From: Gemmatimonadota bacterium
GTDB taxonomy: Bacteria; Latescibacterota; UBA2968; UBA8231
Direction of reading: 5' to 3'
DNA length: 64,000 bases
NCBI GenBank assembly: GCA_038128265.1
Contig: JAYPJE010000008.1
Coordinates: forward strand, 1 to 64,000
In this document: piece after piece, positions 36,712 to 50,700 of the stretch
How the letters are laid out: each line of letters opens with the position of its first letter
How positions within the stretch are numbered: the first letter of the stretch is position 1
Made by a program: the position numbers and the translations under genes
Notes under the pieces: model-generated
Told to the model about the DNA's origin: nothing
Database searches by the model: none
What the model saw: the letters and a program-made list of their open reading frames with translations, nothing else

Positions 36712-37938
36712 ATGATCCGCCGCTTTACTATTCCCGTGCGCAAGGTACTAATCGGCCTGCTGCTGTTGGGCGCAGTCGAGCCTGCTGTAGCAATCCGCTT
36801 GGGACTGCGCACGACGCGCATACACCCCCTTACTGATCTGCCCGACCAATCGGGTCTGGGCGCGGGCGCCTTTGCGCGCGCTTCGCTCAACCCGCGCTGG
36901 CAAGGCGAACTCAATGCAGGCTACGGTGGCCTGCGCGGAGACGACTACACCACGCACGCTATCAGCGGCGAGAGTCGTTTGCTCTACGGATCGCACAGCA
37001 GCCCGCAGTGGGCATTGGGGCTCTTTGCCGGCGTAGGCGTAATGGGCTACAAAATAGCCTCTTCCCCTGCGCAGCGAACGCTCGGTGCGCCCGCCAGCGG
37101 TTGGACCACCGTTGTTCCCGTTGGCCTGCGCCTGAGCAAGGGTGCCACTTCGAGCGTAGAAGTAGCGGCGTCTTACACATACACGCTGAGCGATGAATTG
37201 AATCGCGCGGCCCTCACCAAGGGCAACGATGCGCTGTGGAGTATCGAAGTTGGCATTTCCTTTGGCAGCGCAGCACCCGCCCGCCAACCGGCGTCACCGG
37301 CGACCGCCTCGGTTGCACCACAGCCGCAGAACACCACCGACAGCGACGGCGATGGACTGAGTGACTGGCTGGAAACGCAGCGCTATTTCACCAATCCCGT
37401 CATGGCCGACAGCGACGGCGATGGGCTGGACGACCGCGAGGAAATTGAGATATACGGCACCTATGCCAACCGCTTGGACAGCGATAACGGCGGCGTGCGC
37501 GACGGCGATGAGGTGAAGCGCGGTTCCAACCCACTCGACGCCGGTGACGATTTCTTGCCCGAGTACATTCTCGAAGAGGACCCGCCGACCGTTCCAGCCG
37601 TCGCGTACGAGCTACCGGTCATCTACTTTCCGAGCAGCGGCGTTCAGCTGGTAGCCGAAGCGCGCGAAAGCCTCGAGCGCACGGCCGCCTATATGCGCAT
37701 GCAGCCCAATGTGCTCTTGGAACTGCGCGGACACTCCGACGGCGAGGGAGCCCGCGCCGTCAACCTGCAGCTATCGAGGCGGCGTGCGGAAAAGGTAAAG
37801 GCCTACTTGGTCAAACTGGGAATACCGGCCGACCGCCTGCGCGTGCGCGCCTTTGGCGAAGCACACCCCGTCGCCTCCAATGCCACGCAGGAAGGACGCC
37901 TGCTCAACCGACGCGTAGAGCTGGTTCCCATACGCTAA
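36712..37938 (+). CDS. OmpA family protein (beta-barrel, DxDGDG Ca-binding repeats, OmpA_C)
   Basis: Signal peptide, DSDGDGLSD repeats, LRGHSD..NLQLSRRRA, GRLLNRRVE. Confidence 0.88.
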   Translation: MIRRFTIPVRKVLIGLLLLGAVEPAVAIRLGLRTTRIHPLTDLPDQSGLGAGAFARASLNPRWQGELNAGYGGLRGDDYTTHAISGESRLLYGSHSSPQWALGLFAGVGVMGYKIASSPAQRTLGAPASGWTTVVPVGLRLSKGATSSVEVAASYTYTLSDELNRAALTKGNDALWSIEVGISFGSAAPARQPASPATASVAPQPQNTTDSDGDGLSDWLETQRYFTNPVMADSDGDGLDDREEIEIYGTYANRLDSDNGGVRDGDEVKRGSNPLDAGDDFLPEYILEEDPPTVPAVAYELPVIYFPSSGVQLVAEARESLERTAAYMRMQPNVLLELRGHSDGEGARAVNLQLSRRRAEKVKAYLVKLGIPADRLRVRAFGEAHPVASNATQEGRLLNRRVELVPIR

Positions 37939-39074
37939 GCGTCCGCTGCGCCCGACAGCGCACCGTCTTCAACCAAACGGGCAAAGCGCGCTGCGCGCGC
38001 CTCTAAGTCAATCCCATAGACGGTACGATTGGCATCGATCACCTGCTGCACGACATCGGACGGCAGTTCCGCCGCACCGCACACTGCACCAATCAGGCTA
38101 CCGGTGATGCTCGCATAGCAGTCGATGTCCGCGTAGCGCCGCCAGCGGCCCCCGGCGTCGAGGTCGCCCTGGTTGGCCGCGACCTGAAGTGCGCACAGTG
38201 GCTCATCGGCATGGGCAAGCAGAGCGCAGAACGCAACGGCAAGCGCTCGATAGGGATCAAAGACGCCCATGTGGCGCAATTCGAAGGAGAGGTAATCCGC
38301 AAGCGCGGCGCCCCGCTTACCGCGCGCCCGCTCCAGCAGGGGCGGAAGGTGTTCCACGACAAAGGGCGGACCAAAATACCCGCCTAATTGCAGGGGGTCC
38401 AGCGCCAGAACGCGCTCGACTAGAGCGCCGGGGGCAACGCCGGCTGCCGCCAAACTCTGCGCTGCAGCCAATAGCGCCGTAGCCTCACGCGCGTAGCCCA
38501 CGTCGAAAAACGCCGCTTCGTATGCGGCGCAATAAGCGCGCTCCGGCTGGCCGATGGAGAGCAGTCCGGCGAAGGGCATTGCTAGCATGCCAGCAATAGT
38601 GGGGTAGTTGAGCCCGACGCTGCGCGTGGCCAGCGCACTCGGCGAAACACCCGGATAGAGCGGCGATGGCTGGCCCAAATAACCGCGACTCACGCCCTCC
38701 CACATAGCAAACTGCGCGCGCGCCAGCGGCGCGTGGTTGGGGAAGACGTCGCCCGGTCGTTCGTGTAGGTCGATCAGATGCTGCGCCAGCGCGGCCGCCG
38801 TCGGCATGCCTCGCACCTCATGCGCCAGGTCCATAAAGAGCCAGGCGTAGCGCACATCATCTGTGCCGGTGCCGGCCGGTGCCGGCGAAACCCAGGGCCC
38901 GTGCGGACCCACCCGACCGGTAAACGGCTGCAGGCGATCGATCCACTCGACGCGCTGCGCACTAAACTCGAACGGCGCACCGAGCGCATCACCCAGCGCC
39001 TGAGCCCACACCGCACCTCGCACGCGCTCCGCTCTATTTGCCGGGAGCACAATGGCATCCTTCTGACGCCCCAC
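37935..39074 (-). CDS. ADP-ribosylglycohydrolase family protein
   Basis: GDALGAPFE, TDD, DIDCYASITGSLIGA. Confidence 0.8.
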   Translation of the reverse strand: MGRQKDAIVLPANRAERVRGAVWAQALGDALGAPFEFSAQRVEWIDRLQPFTGRVGPHGPWVSPAPAGTGTDDVRYAWLFMDLAHEVRGMPTAAALAQHLIDLHERPGDVFPNHAPLARAQFAMWEGVSRGYLGQPSPLYPGVSPSALATRSVGLNYPTIAGMLAMPFAGLLSIGQPERAYCAAYEAAFFDVGYAREATALLAAAQSLAAAGVAPGALVERVLALDPLQLGGYFGPPFVVEHLPPLLERARGKRGAALADYLSFELRHMGVFDPYRALAVAFCALLAHADEPLCALQVAANQGDLDAGGRWRRYADIDCYASITGSLIGAVCGAAELPSDVVQQVIDANRTVYGIDLEARAARFARLVEDGALSGAADA

Positions 39075-39081
39075 GCACCCC

Positions 39082-40689
39082 CTACAGCACGGAAAAATCG
39101 GCGAAGACGACGTAGATCAGCACCACGACGACCAATAGCGCGATGCTAGTCGTGCGCACGTGCTCCCAGGGCGTCAGATCGACATCGCCCGAGTAGTGCT
39201 GTTCCCACGCTTCGGCACGCGGCTGCACGGCGCCAATGATCAGCATGAGTGCGATCAGCGCAGCAAAGACGGCCCCCAAGAAGTGAAACTCGTGCATGCG
39301 ATCAACCACGGCAGCTAACGACGGCACAAAGTAACCCAACGCAATGCTGGCAAAGCCGGCGACGAGTGCCACCTTGGCGGCGATGGCCGGAACGCGACGA
39401 AAGAGCATGCCGACGAGCACGACGGAGAAAATCGGAATAAAGTAGAGGCCGTTCATCTTCTGCAGATAGCCAAAAATACTCGCTTGACCTATGAGAAGCG
39501 GCGCCATGCTCATGGAGACGAGCGCTATGATCCAGCCAAATATTTTGCCGGATTTCACCACCTGTTCTTCGCTGGCATCGCGATTGATCATCGTCTTGTA
39601 AATGCCGAGACTAAACAGCGTCGTCGTGCTGTTGAGCGCCGAGTTGTACGAGCTCAAAATGGCGCCGACCATAATGGCTGCGAAAAACCCAGTCAGCGGC
39701 CCGGGCAGCACGTCGCGCACCAACTGGCCGTAGGCCATATCCGCCTTAATCGAACTATCGCCGCTGTAGAGATAGAATGCCATCATACCGGGCAAGACCA
39801 AGTAGAGCGGACCGAGCAGCTTGAGCGCGCCGCACAGCAACACGCCCTTCTGCCCCTCGCGCAGATTGCGCGCGCCAAAAGTGCGCTGGATGATTTGCTG
39901 ATTGGTGGTCCAATAGAACATGCCCAGCAGCGTCACGCCGGTAAATAGCGTGGAAAAGGGCACGGATTGATCCGCAGACCCTATCGAGTTAAAGCGCTCG
40001 GGATGGGCCGCCTGCAGCGTGGCCAAACCGGCCAGTATCCCCTCGCCGCCGCTAACCGCCTGCAATCCGAAATAGGCGATTAGAAAGCCGCCTGTCAGCA
40101 GGCCAATGCCGTTGAGCGTGTCCGAGACGGCCACTGTGCGCAGGCCGCCAAAGATGGCATACGTCGTGCCGATAAGACCGACCAGCCACACGGTGAACGT
40201 AATGATGCTCTGCTCGGATTGGATGCCGGTCAACGCCGCCATATCGAGCATGCCGTTGAGACCGCGCGCCCCGGTGTAAAGAACGATCGGCAGCAAAATG
40301 GCAGCGTATGCGACGAGAAAGATAAACGTAGTGATGGTGCGCGTGCCCGCATCAAAGCGCTCTTCGAGAAACTGCGGAACCGTGGCGATACCGCTCTTGA
40401 GAAAGCGCGGCAGGAAAAATAGGGCCGAGGCGACGAGGGCGACTACAGCCAGCACTTCCCACGCCATAACGCTGAAGCCATCGTTAAACGCGGCGCCGTT
40501 TAGACCCACCATCTGTTCGGTAGACAGATTGGTCAGCAGCAGCGAGCCGGCAATAATGGGGCCGGTTAGGCGACGTCCCGCCAAAAAATAGCCGTCTGAG
40601 CTGGCGTGGTCGTCACTGCGCGTGAGCGCATACGTCACGACGGCGATCAGTCCAGTGAACAGAACAAATGAAATCAATACCATGCGCAT
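39082..40689 (-). CDS. Sodium:solute symporter (YidK-like)
   Basis: [39 protein letters not shown]. Confidence 0.92.
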   Translation of the reverse strand: MRMVLISFVLFTGLIAVVTYALTRSDDHASSDGYFLAGRRLTGPIIAGSLLLTNLSTEQMVGLNGAAFNDGFSVMAWEVLAVVALVASALFFLPRFLKSGIATVPQFLEERFDAGTRTITTFIFLVAYAAILLPIVLYTGARGLNGMLDMAALTGIQSEQSIITFTVWLVGLIGTTYAIFGGLRTVAVSDTLNGIGLLTGGFLIAYFGLQAVSGGEGILAGLATLQAAHPERFNSIGSADQSVPFSTLFTGVTLLGMFYWTTNQQIIQRTFGARNLREGQKGVLLCGALKLLGPLYLVLPGMMAFYLYSGDSSIKADMAYGQLVRDVLPGPLTGFFAAIMVGAILSSYNSALNSTTTLFSLGIYKTMINRDASEEQVVKSGKIFGWIIALVSMSMAPLLIGQASIFGYLQKMNGLYFIPIFSVVLVGMLFRRVPAIAAKVALVAGFASIALGYFVPSLAAVVDRMHEFHFLGAVFAALIALMLIIGAVQPRAEAWEQHYSGDVDLTPWEHVRTTSIALLVVVVLIYVVFADFSVL

Positions 40690-40790
40690 CTACTCCTGGC
40701 GTTTGAATAGCGTGTACGAGCGCTCAAAGTATACAAAGCAATATGCGTATTGTGAACGGTTTTTATGCGCACCGGGAGCGCCTTCGGGAC

Positions 40791-41159
40791 CTACTCGTAG
40801 CCGTGTTGGCGCACGGCTTCTTCGTCGAGCCCCATGAAGTGCGCAATTTCGTGGACGAGCGTTATCTCTATTTCCTCGACCAGTTGGTCCACGTCGGGAA
40901 AGTCTTCGAGCAGAGGGCCCTGGTAAATTTCTATCACGGGGGGCAGGTCACCGCTATCCTCCACGCGCTGTTCGGGCAGCGGTGTGCCGCTGAAAAGGCC
41001 GTAGATTAATTCACTTCGGTCACCGGTGATTTCCTCAACGACATCCGGATCGGGCCAGTCTTCTACCAGCACGGCCACGTTGTGCATCGCCAGGCGAAAC
41101 GGTGCCGGGATACGCTCCAGTGCCCTCTCGACGAGTCGCTCAAATTCGCTCCGATGCAC
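40791..41159 (-). CDS. Minimal zincin-like metallopeptidase family protein
   Basis: FERLVERAL, YGLFSG, TLVHEIAHFMG. Confidence 0.88.
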   Translation of the reverse strand: MHRSEFERLVERALERIPAPFRLAMHNVAVLVEDWPDPDVVEEITGDRSELIYGLFSGTPLPEQRVEDSGDLPPVIEIYQGPLLEDFPDVDQLVEEIEITLVHEIAHFMGLDEEAVRQHGYE

Positions 41160-41162
41160 GCG

Positions 41163-42305
41163 CTACCAATCGGCGACGCTGCCGTCGCTCTCGTAGTAGT
41201 GTTCGCCACCCAGCTCCTCCTGATATTCGGCCTGCTGGGCCACTTCGCGCTCGTCTATCTCAAAACCCAACCCAGGCCTGTCTGGCACGACGATGTGCCC
41301 CTCTTCTACTTCCCAAGCCGAACTGAGCACGTCAAAGAGATGCGTCGGCCCGATCTGCTCTTGAATGAGAAAATTGGGCACGACCATATCCACGTGCATA
41401 CAGGCAGCCAGCGCTACCGGACCAATCGCACAGTGCGGCATAATGTGCACGTAGTACGTCTCGGCCATATTGGCGATGCGCTTTAGCTCGCTGATACCGC
41501 CCGCGTGCGAACCGTCGGGCTGGATATACGATACGGCGCCCTTTTCCAACACGTCGCGAAACTCCCAGCGCGAAAGCAGCCGCTCGCCGGTAGCAATGGG
41601 AAAGGTCACTTTGTCGGATACCAGCTTCAGCGCGTCGACGTTTTCCTGCGGCACCGGTTCTTCGACAAACATTGGCCGCATCCCCTTGAGCTCTTGGCAG
41701 ACCTCGACGGCCAGACCAGGCGTCATCTTGCCGTGAAAATCAAAGCACAGCTCGACGTCGTCGCCGACCCATTCGCGCATCAGATACGCGCGCTGTACAA
41801 ATTCATCGATGCGCGCGGGCGGCTCATGGGCGCGCCACGTGCCGCCCGGACCGGTCTTAAAAGCCGTATAGCCGTATTTGAGCAATTCTTCTAAGCGATC
41901 GCGCGATGCCTGTAGCGCTTCATCGCTGTCGCCGCGAATACCCCAATGCGCATAGACGCGCACGCGGTCGCGCACCGCACCACCACCCAACAGCTTGTAG
42001 ACGGGCACGCCATAGTGCTTGCCGGCGATATCCCAAAGCGCCTGGTCGATGCCGGACAGCGCCGACATGACAACGCTGCCGCCGCGAAAAAACGACGAGC
42101 GGTAAATGTGCTGCCAGTGGTGCTCAATGCGCAGCGGGTCCTTGCCAACCAAATAGTCGGCCATTTCGTCAACGGCGGCGCAGGTGCTGCGCGGACGTCC
42201 TTCCAGCGTTGACTCGCCCCAGCCGACGACGCCCGTATCCGTTGTAATCTTGACTAAGCGCATGCGGTTGCGCGGAAAAAACTGCTCGATCTTAGCTATC
42301 TTCAC
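41163..42305 (-). CDS. dgoD: Galactonate dehydratase-like (mandelate racemase/enolase superfamily)
   Basis: GWGESTLEG, IEHHWQ, SGIDQALWDIAGK, DFHG, FVEEP, IATGERL, DGSVADW. Confidence 0.8.
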   Translation of the reverse strand: MKIAKIEQFFPRNRMRLVKITTDTGVVGWGESTLEGRPRSTCAAVDEMADYLVGKDPLRIEHHWQHIYRSSFFRGGSVVMSALSGIDQALWDIAGKHYGVPVYKLLGGGAVRDRVRVYAHWGIRGDSDEALQASRDRLEELLKYGYTAFKTGPGGTWRAHEPPARIDEFVQRAYLMREWVGDDVELCFDFHGKMTPGLAVEVCQELKGMRPMFVEEPVPQENVDALKLVSDKVTFPIATGERLLSRWEFRDVLEKGAVSYIQPDGSHAGGISELKRIANMAETYYVHIMPHCAIGPVALAACMHVDMVVPNFLIQEQIGPTHLFDVLSSAWEVEEGHIVVPDRPGLGFEIDEREVAQQAEYQEELGGEHYYESDGSVADW

Positions 42306-42341
42306 CAGACATTCTCCCGTTGCTGTATTATGCCATTGGAA

Positions 42342-44051
<1,710 letters not shown>

Positions 44052-44227
44052 AGCACTGCCTCTCATTTTTAGATCCGGTCGTCACTGCAGCCCCGTCGAC
44101 CGCGCCGCAGCGCCGCATATAGTACGCTTCCCACTCGACGCCATCAAGCGGGCCTTCTCTTGCCGGACCGCACCGACTCCATTATACTAGTCCATCCCAT
44201 TCCTCTCCTTGCAACTCATTATACGAC

Positions 44228-45079
44228 ATGGACTTCAAAACAATTGGTGTGCTCGGATCCGGCGCGATGGGCAGCGGTATTGCCCAGCTACTTCTACAGC
44301 GCGGCTATGCCGTCCGGCTGTGCGACGTCGATGCGCAGGTGCTCGAGCGCGGCGCTACAACTATCCGACGACGACTCGACGGGCAGGTGCGCCAGAGCGC
44401 GCTATCGGCTTCCCAACGCGATGCCGCCGATAGCGCCCTGCAAACAACCACCCAGTTGGAAGTGGCCTGCGCGGTCGATTTAGTTATCGAGGCCGTGCCC
44501 GAACGCCTCGAGGCGAAAAGGGCCGCATTTACCCAGCTCGACCAGGCCGCTCCCCCGACTACCGTTTTGGCCAGCAATACCTCGGGACTCGACATCGATC
44601 AGCTCGCCGCTGCGACCCAGCGCGCCGACCGCGTTATCGGCCTGCATTTTTTCAACCCACCTCCGCGCATGCCGCTGGTGGAAATTGCGCGCGGGCGCTC
44701 CACGAGCGACGCGACCTTCGACGCCGTATATGCACTCGCTCAGCGCCTGGACAAGACACCCATCGCCGTGGCCAATTCGCCGGGGTTTGCCGTCAACCGC
44801 ATTCTCTTTCCCATGGTTAACGAGGCGATCTACGCGCTGGCAGAGGGCGTGGCCAGCGCCGAGGACATCGATCGCGCCATGCAGCTGGGTGCCAGCCATC
44901 CGCTGGGGCCGCTCGCCCTAGCTGATTTTGTCGGATTGGACGTGACGCTGGACATTCTAGACTCCTTTGAACGCACATTCGGCAACCCCAAGTATAGAGC
45001 GTGCCCTCTGCTGCGCGAAAAAGTGGCGCGCGGAGAGTTGGGTCGCAAAACGGGCCGTGGCTTTTTCTCCTATTCCTAA
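44228..45079 (+). CDS. 3-hydroxybutyryl-CoA/3-hydroxyacyl-CoA dehydrogenase
   Basis: GSGAMGSGIA, EAVPE, SNTS, GLHFFNP, HPLGPL, GRKTGRGF. Confidence 0.92.
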   Translation: MDFKTIGVLGSGAMGSGIAQLLLQRGYAVRLCDVDAQVLERGATTIRRRLDGQVRQSALSASQRDAADSALQTTTQLEVACAVDLVIEAVPERLEAKRAAFTQLDQAAPPTTVLASNTSGLDIDQLAAATQRADRVIGLHFFNPPPRMPLVEIARGRSTSDATFDAVYALAQRLDKTPIAVANSPGFAVNRILFPMVNEAIYALAEGVASAEDIDRAMQLGASHPLGPLALADFVGLDVTLDILDSFERTFGNPKYRACPLLREKVARGELGRKTGRGFFSYS

Positions 45080-45599
45080 CCGTCGATATGCGCGTTCTGT
45101 AATCCTATGCGCCATAAGCCTGATGCTCTTTCAGGCCTGCGCATCCGTGCGTCCAGCGCCGCGCTATACCCATGCGAGTTCCCCTTCTATAGTGCGCGAA
45201 TTGGAAGCGCGCCAGCGCGGCGGCAACCAGCGCCTGCGCCAAGTAGTGGATAGCTATCTCGGCGTGCCGTATAAATGGGGTGGCACGACGCGCAGCGGCA
45301 TGGACTGTTCGGCCTTTACGCGCGCGGCATACCGCGAAACCTACGGTATTGAACTGCCCCGCACCTCCAAACAGATGTATCAGCTCGGCCGATTTATATC
45401 CCGCCGTCAGGATTTGGACTCCGGCGATCTGGTCTTTTTTAAAGACACCTATTCGGGCGCTGGCATATCGCACGTCGGCGTCTACCTGGGCGACGGTCAA
45501 TTTGCGCACGCCAGCTCGAGCCGGGGAGTGACCATCACGCCGCTCAGCAATCCCTATTTCACCAAGCGCTACGCCGGCGGACGCCGCATTGAGCGCTGA
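45057..45599 (+). CDS. NlpC/P60 (C40) peptidase lipoprotein
   Basis: FQAC lipobox-like, GVPYKWGG, DCS, GDLVFF, HVGVY, HASS. Start uncertain. Confidence 0.88.
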   Translation: MAFSPIPNRRYARSVILCAISLMLFQACASVRPAPRYTHASSPSIVRELEARQRGGNQRLRQVVDSYLGVPYKWGGTTRSGMDCSAFTRAAYRETYGIELPRTSKQMYQLGRFISRRQDLDSGDLVFFKDTYSGAGISHVGVYLGDGQFAHASSSRGVTITPLSNPYFTKRYAGGRRIER

Positions 45600-46944
45600 G
45601 CGACTGCGTCCCGTGGTCCCGTGGCTGCTGGCCGCCGGGATCGAAGCGGCGCTGCTCTACATCGTCTCCCTAGGCGATTTGCGCCAGAGCGTGCAGCCGT
45701 TTTGGGCCGGCGCCTTCGGCGCGTTTGCGCTCTATGCGTGTGCCGCGCTGTGGACGCTGCGCACACCCCATGGCTCGACGCGGGCCATACTGATCTGCGC
45801 GCTGCTGTTCCGCCTGACCATGTGCTACAGCCCCGCTAGCCTATCCGACGATATCTATCGCTATGTGTGGGACGGACGCGTGCAGCTGGCCGGTACCAAC
45901 CCCTACCGCTACGCGCCGGACGCAGACGAACTGGCGCCGCTACGCGACGCGCTGCACGCCCAAATCAACCATCCGCATATACCGACGATTTACCCCCCGC
46001 TAGCACAGCTCTTCTTTACTCTTGTGGCTTCGGTGTACGAAAGTCCCGGCGCCATAAAGCTCGCTCTTACCGCCTTTGATATGGGCCTCTGCCTGCTGCT
46101 AGCGCGCCTGCTGGCGACGCGCACTATAGATCCGCGCCGCGTCCTGCTCTATGCCTGGCATCCGCTGCCGCTGGTAGAAATTGCCGGCAGCGGCCACGTC
46201 GATGTACTCGGCACATTCTTTGTCATGGCTGCGCTCTACGCACTCACCACGGCGCGCACAACGCTCGCCAGTGTGACGCTGGCCGCAGCGGCGCTGGCCA
46301 AGCTGGTGCCCATTATACTCTTGCCCATTTTTTGGCTGCACACGGGTCCTGATAAAACCCATCGGCTGCGCAACCTGTGGACGCTGCGCGGTCGCGCGCC
46401 CCTATGGGCGTTTCCCATCTGCATACTCGCCGGCTTTGCTCCGTATGCCGAACTAGGCACCGAACTTTTCGCCGGCTTAGCTACCTATCTGAGCCACTGG
46501 CATTTTAACGATTTTGCCTATTCGGCTATCCGCAGCGCCTTGGCACCCATCGATCCGGCAGCCGCCGTACACGCCCGCTGGCTGTGCTCCCTGCTGCTGG
46601 TCATTGCCCTCGTACAGACTCTGCGCCAGACAGCCGATCCGCTGCGTGCAGCCTATTGGTCCCTCGGCGCCTACGCGCTGCTGTCGCCCACCATGCACCC
46701 CTGGTATCTGCTATGGGTTCTACCCTTTATGCCCCTTTTCCCGAGCGCCGCCTGGACGCTCCTGGCAGGTCTTGTATTGCTCGCCTACGAAGTGCTCATC
46801 GACTACGGGCTAAGTGGAATTTGGGTTGAGAAATCGTGGGTGCGATGGGCCCAGTACGGGCCTTTTTACAGCGTGCTCGCCTTTGATCTCTTTGTCCGTC
46901 GGCGCAATCGCAGTCACTGCGCGCAGCCCACGGCCTCAATTTGA
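45589..46944 (+). CDS. GT-C fold membrane glycosyltransferase (GT87-like)
   Basis: LSDDIYRYVWDG, NPY, TIYPPLAQ, YAWHPL, GHVD, HPWY; many TM helices. Confidence 0.78.
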   Translation: MSAERLRPVVPWLLAAGIEAALLYIVSLGDLRQSVQPFWAGAFGAFALYACAALWTLRTPHGSTRAILICALLFRLTMCYSPASLSDDIYRYVWDGRVQLAGTNPYRYAPDADELAPLRDALHAQINHPHIPTIYPPLAQLFFTLVASVYESPGAIKLALTAFDMGLCLLLARLLATRTIDPRRVLLYAWHPLPLVEIAGSGHVDVLGTFFVMAALYALTTARTTLASVTLAAAALAKLVPIILLPIFWLHTGPDKTHRLRNLWTLRGRAPLWAFPICILAGFAPYAELGTELFAGLATYLSHWHFNDFAYSAIRSALAPIDPAAAVHARWLCSLLLVIALVQTLRQTADPLRAAYWSLGAYALLSPTMHPWYLLWVLPFMPLFPSAAWTLLAGLVLLAYEVLIDYGLSGIWVEKSWVRWAQYGPFYSVLAFDLFVRRRNRSHCAQPTASI

Positions 46945-47111
46945 CACTCGATATGCTAACATCCCAAGGGCATACTGGTTTTTTGGGAATAAATGTGCCC
47001 CTGTATATGTCCAAAACACAGAACTAATTTTTCCGTGCCGCATCGACCGATGTGATATTGGCCCACTTACTGCGTATATTCATCTCTCGACCTATTTACT
47101 ACGGAAAGACC

Positions 47112-47720
47112 ATGGCGAACTACCACAGCGTACTTGCACTTTTAGCAGCGGCTGTTCTTCTCTCGGGCTGTCTAGAATTAGTGCGACGCCCCGGCGTGGG
47201 CGAGCGCGAACGCACTGTGCCCCGTGCAGCAGCTCCAACTGTGCGTGAAGAGATCACCGTGGAAGGGAACCCCGCACCCGACGCAGCGGTTGAAAAAGAG
47301 CGCGCCGTAGCACCCACAGCCCATGCCGAGCGCAGCGGTGGACAGCGCCGCAGCGTTAAGCGGGTCAACGAGTACGCGCTCTGGTGCATTGAAAACGATA
47401 TGTGGAACGAGGCGCGCTCGCATATGGAACGCGCGCTAAGCGAGGACAGCCTGTCGGCCAGCCTGCACAACAATCTGGGCATTGTATACGAGCGCCTCGG
47501 ACAAACCGACAGAGCGAGTGCATTTTACCAGCGCGCTCTGCTTCTCAACCCAGGCGAGGAAGCCTATCAGATGAATTTGCAGGAGCTGCGAGAGCGCCAA
47601 CAGGCGCTGGCAGATACGTCAGCGGAGTTTGACCTATTCCGACCAAGCGAGCGCGACGGACGCCGCGGGCGACCCAGCGGCGAGGGGGACGATATGCCCC
47701 CCACTTTTATAGGAGGGTGA
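47112..47720 (+). CDS. TPR-containing lipoprotein
   Basis: Lipobox LSGC; HNNLGIVYERLG..A..YQRALLLNP. Confidence 0.8.
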   Translation: MANYHSVLALLAAAVLLSGCLELVRRPGVGERERTVPRAAAPTVREEITVEGNPAPDAAVEKERAVAPTAHAERSGGQRRSVKRVNEYALWCIENDMWNEARSHMERALSEDSLSASLHNNLGIVYERLGQTDRASAFYQRALLLNPGEEAYQMNLQELRERQQALADTSAEFDLFRPSERDGRRGRPSGEGDDMPPTFIGG

Positions 47721-47724
47721 GCAG

Positions 47725-50700
47725 GTGCAGCAAGACCTTACAAAAGGGCGCTTTCACCGTTTTTGGCTGCTTATTGCTGCGCTGCTGATCGCCTCGGGCG
47801 TGCGCGATGTGTGCGCCCAAGACATTTTGACCATGCAGCTCCAGCAGGGCTTTGGAAAAAACAAAGTCCGCTACAAAGACTTCCAATGGGAGATTCTCGA
47901 GAGCGAACATCTCGAGCTGCACTTTGAAGCCGAGTTTCACGAACTGGCCGTGCGCGCCGTCGACTACTTAGAAGAGGCGTACGACCACATCAGCGCCATC
48001 ATGCACCACGAGCTCTCGCACCGCCCACCCATTGTTATCTATCAGTCCCAGTACGAATTTCAGCAGACCAATATCATACACGAGTTTCTGCCGCCCGGCG
48101 TGGCCGGCTTTGCCGAGCCGCTGCGCTACCGCATGGTCATTCCCTTTGACGGCGATCTCGACGAATTCCGCAACGTTCTGGTGCATGAACTAGCGCATAT
48201 TTTCCAGTACGACATCATCTACAAGGGACCGATCAAGCGCATCACCAACCCGCTGTCGTCTCCACCGACGTGGATTATGGAAGGACTGGCTGAATACACG
48301 ACGCCCGGACGCAATACCATAGACGAAATGGTGCTGCGCGACGCCGTATTGACCGATGGCCTGATTCCCATAGAAGCGATGGATGCGGCCTGGGGTACGG
48401 GCAACGTGTTCTTAGCCTACAAACAGAGCCACTCCATAATGGAGTATATCGCCGCCAATTACGGCCCGGAAAAAGTGAGCCGTATTTTGCGCCTGTGGGA
48501 CAGCCAGAAGGACACCGACAAACTGCTCGAGCGCCTGATCGATATGGATATGCAGGAGTTGGACGAGCGCTGGTCGGCGCATATGCGCAAGCATTACTGG
48601 CCGCTGTTACAAACGCGCGATTACGCCTCCGAAATTGCCGATAAGATCGCCGGAGAAGACGACGACGCGTATCAAATGTTTGCCAGCCCACGCTGGTCGC
48701 TCAGCGGCGATATGCTCGCCGTGCTCTCCTCTGACGGCATCGAAGAGCACGTCGACATCATACGCCTTGAGGATGCCTCCCTCGTCGAGCGCATTACGCG
48801 CAGCATGCGCGCATCGCGCTTTGACCACCTAACAGCCGGAGGCGGCACGGTCGCCTGGGCGCCCGATGGCCACACCATTGCCTTCGTCGCTAAAGACGGC
48901 GCGCGCGACCGCATTCTGCTGTGGGACCTCTACGACAAAGACATCGTTAAAACGCTCCGCGTCGCCAATATAGAGACCATTGAATCGCTCAACTGGGCGC
49001 CCGACAGCCGCCGCCTCGCCCTAATCGGAACCGGCTACGGTCAGAGCGATCTGTACGTGCTCGACGTCTACGATGAAACGCTCCAACAGCTTACGGGCTC
49101 GCCCCAGCGCGAAGACCACCCGGTCTTTTCCCCCGACGGCAGCAAGATTGCCTATAGCAGCAAGTACAACAATCAATTCGATATTAAGATTTACGATATG
49201 GAGACAGGTGAAGCGCACACGGCTATTGCCAGTCCAACCGACGACCTGTGGCCGCAGTGGCTTCCCGAAGGCAACAAACTCCTCTTTGTGTCAACGCGCG
49301 ATACGATAAATGACCTCTTCGTATACCATCTCGACGAGGGCCGCGAATACAGACTCACGCGAACGCTCAGCGGCATCTCCAACCCAGCGCTGTCACCCGA
49401 CGGACGCCAGGTCGTTTTCAGCACCTATTTTAAGGGCCGTAGCGAACTCTACCTGATGGACATGCCCGACATGCCGTCCATCAAGCGCAGGGATGCCGAA
49501 CTGCTGGCGCGCCTGGGCCAAAGCGAAGCGACCGCTTCCGACTCGGCACGAACCGACAGCGGCTCGGCGGTTAGCGCACTCGACTTGCCTGCCGATACCA
49601 GCGCCGCACAGCCCTTGATCCGTCCGGTCGCCCCCCTAACCGATCAAGGGGGGCGTCCGGATCTGCGCAGTGCAGCGCCGCTGGTAGATAGCCGCATCTC
49701 CAGCGCCGTGCTGCTGGCCAACACGTCGAGCGACAGTGCCCCCGAGGCACCGCCCGCCCCACAGACCCAGGTTCCAGCTCCGACGCTGCCAGATGGCGAC
49801 GGCGCGGACGACGAGCCTCTTGGCGACGACGGCGTGGAGCGCAGACTCTACACCCCCAAACTGGAATTCGACGGCATTTCCGTGCAAATGGGCTATTTCG
49901 ACGGATTCTTTTCCTCTATCGCCCAGTTGAGCATGAGCGACCTGCTCGGCAATCACGCCCTATCGCTGGCGACCGACTACGTAGCATCGCAGGAGGTCAA
50001 CAACGACTTTAACTTCGCCGTTAGTTATGAGTACTACGGCAAGCGGCCCACCTATCGCGCATCGATCTTCAACTGGAACCAGTACTACAACAACAGCAGG
50101 ACGTTTATCTACCGGGGCCTGTTAGTTTCAGGCATCAGTAAAATACAGCAGCGCGGCATGCTGGCCGATGCGAGCTATCCCCTCGACCTCTATCGCCGCT
50201 TAGAGCTCAGCTATACGTACGTGGGAGAACAGGAGGTGTTGGTGTGGCCGATAGAAGAAATTGGCGCCAGCACCAGCACACACCTATTTAAATCGGCCTT
50301 TGTGCACGACTCCATTAACTACGGCCTACTCGGCCCGACGGCGGGTAAGCGCTATTTTCTCTCCGTCGGACGCACGCTCGACGTCGGCGGCTCGACGCGC
50401 TCTTTTTCCCATCTCGAACTCGACTACCGAACCTACCTGCGTCTGGGGCGCTGGTCGGTCTTGGGCCTACGCGCTTACGGCGTTGGCTCGCTGGGCAGCG
50501 ACGCGCTGTCCTACAACCTCGGCGGTCCAACCTGGTTTCTCCCCTTCTATACCGGATTCAACCTCAATACCGGCCCGCTGCGCGGCTACGACTTCTCTGA
50601 GTTTTCCGGCAGCCGCGTCGCCTTGGCCAACGTCGAACTGCGCGTGCCCTTTGTGCGCGGCATTCTCTTCGGATGGCCTACCACCTTCCTGGTGCCGGCC

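Noticed and set aside
37339..37510. Repeated GACAGCGACGGCGATGG units
   Set aside because: Coding DxDGDG calcium-binding repeats in the OmpA protein, not a CRISPR array or DNA repeat element.
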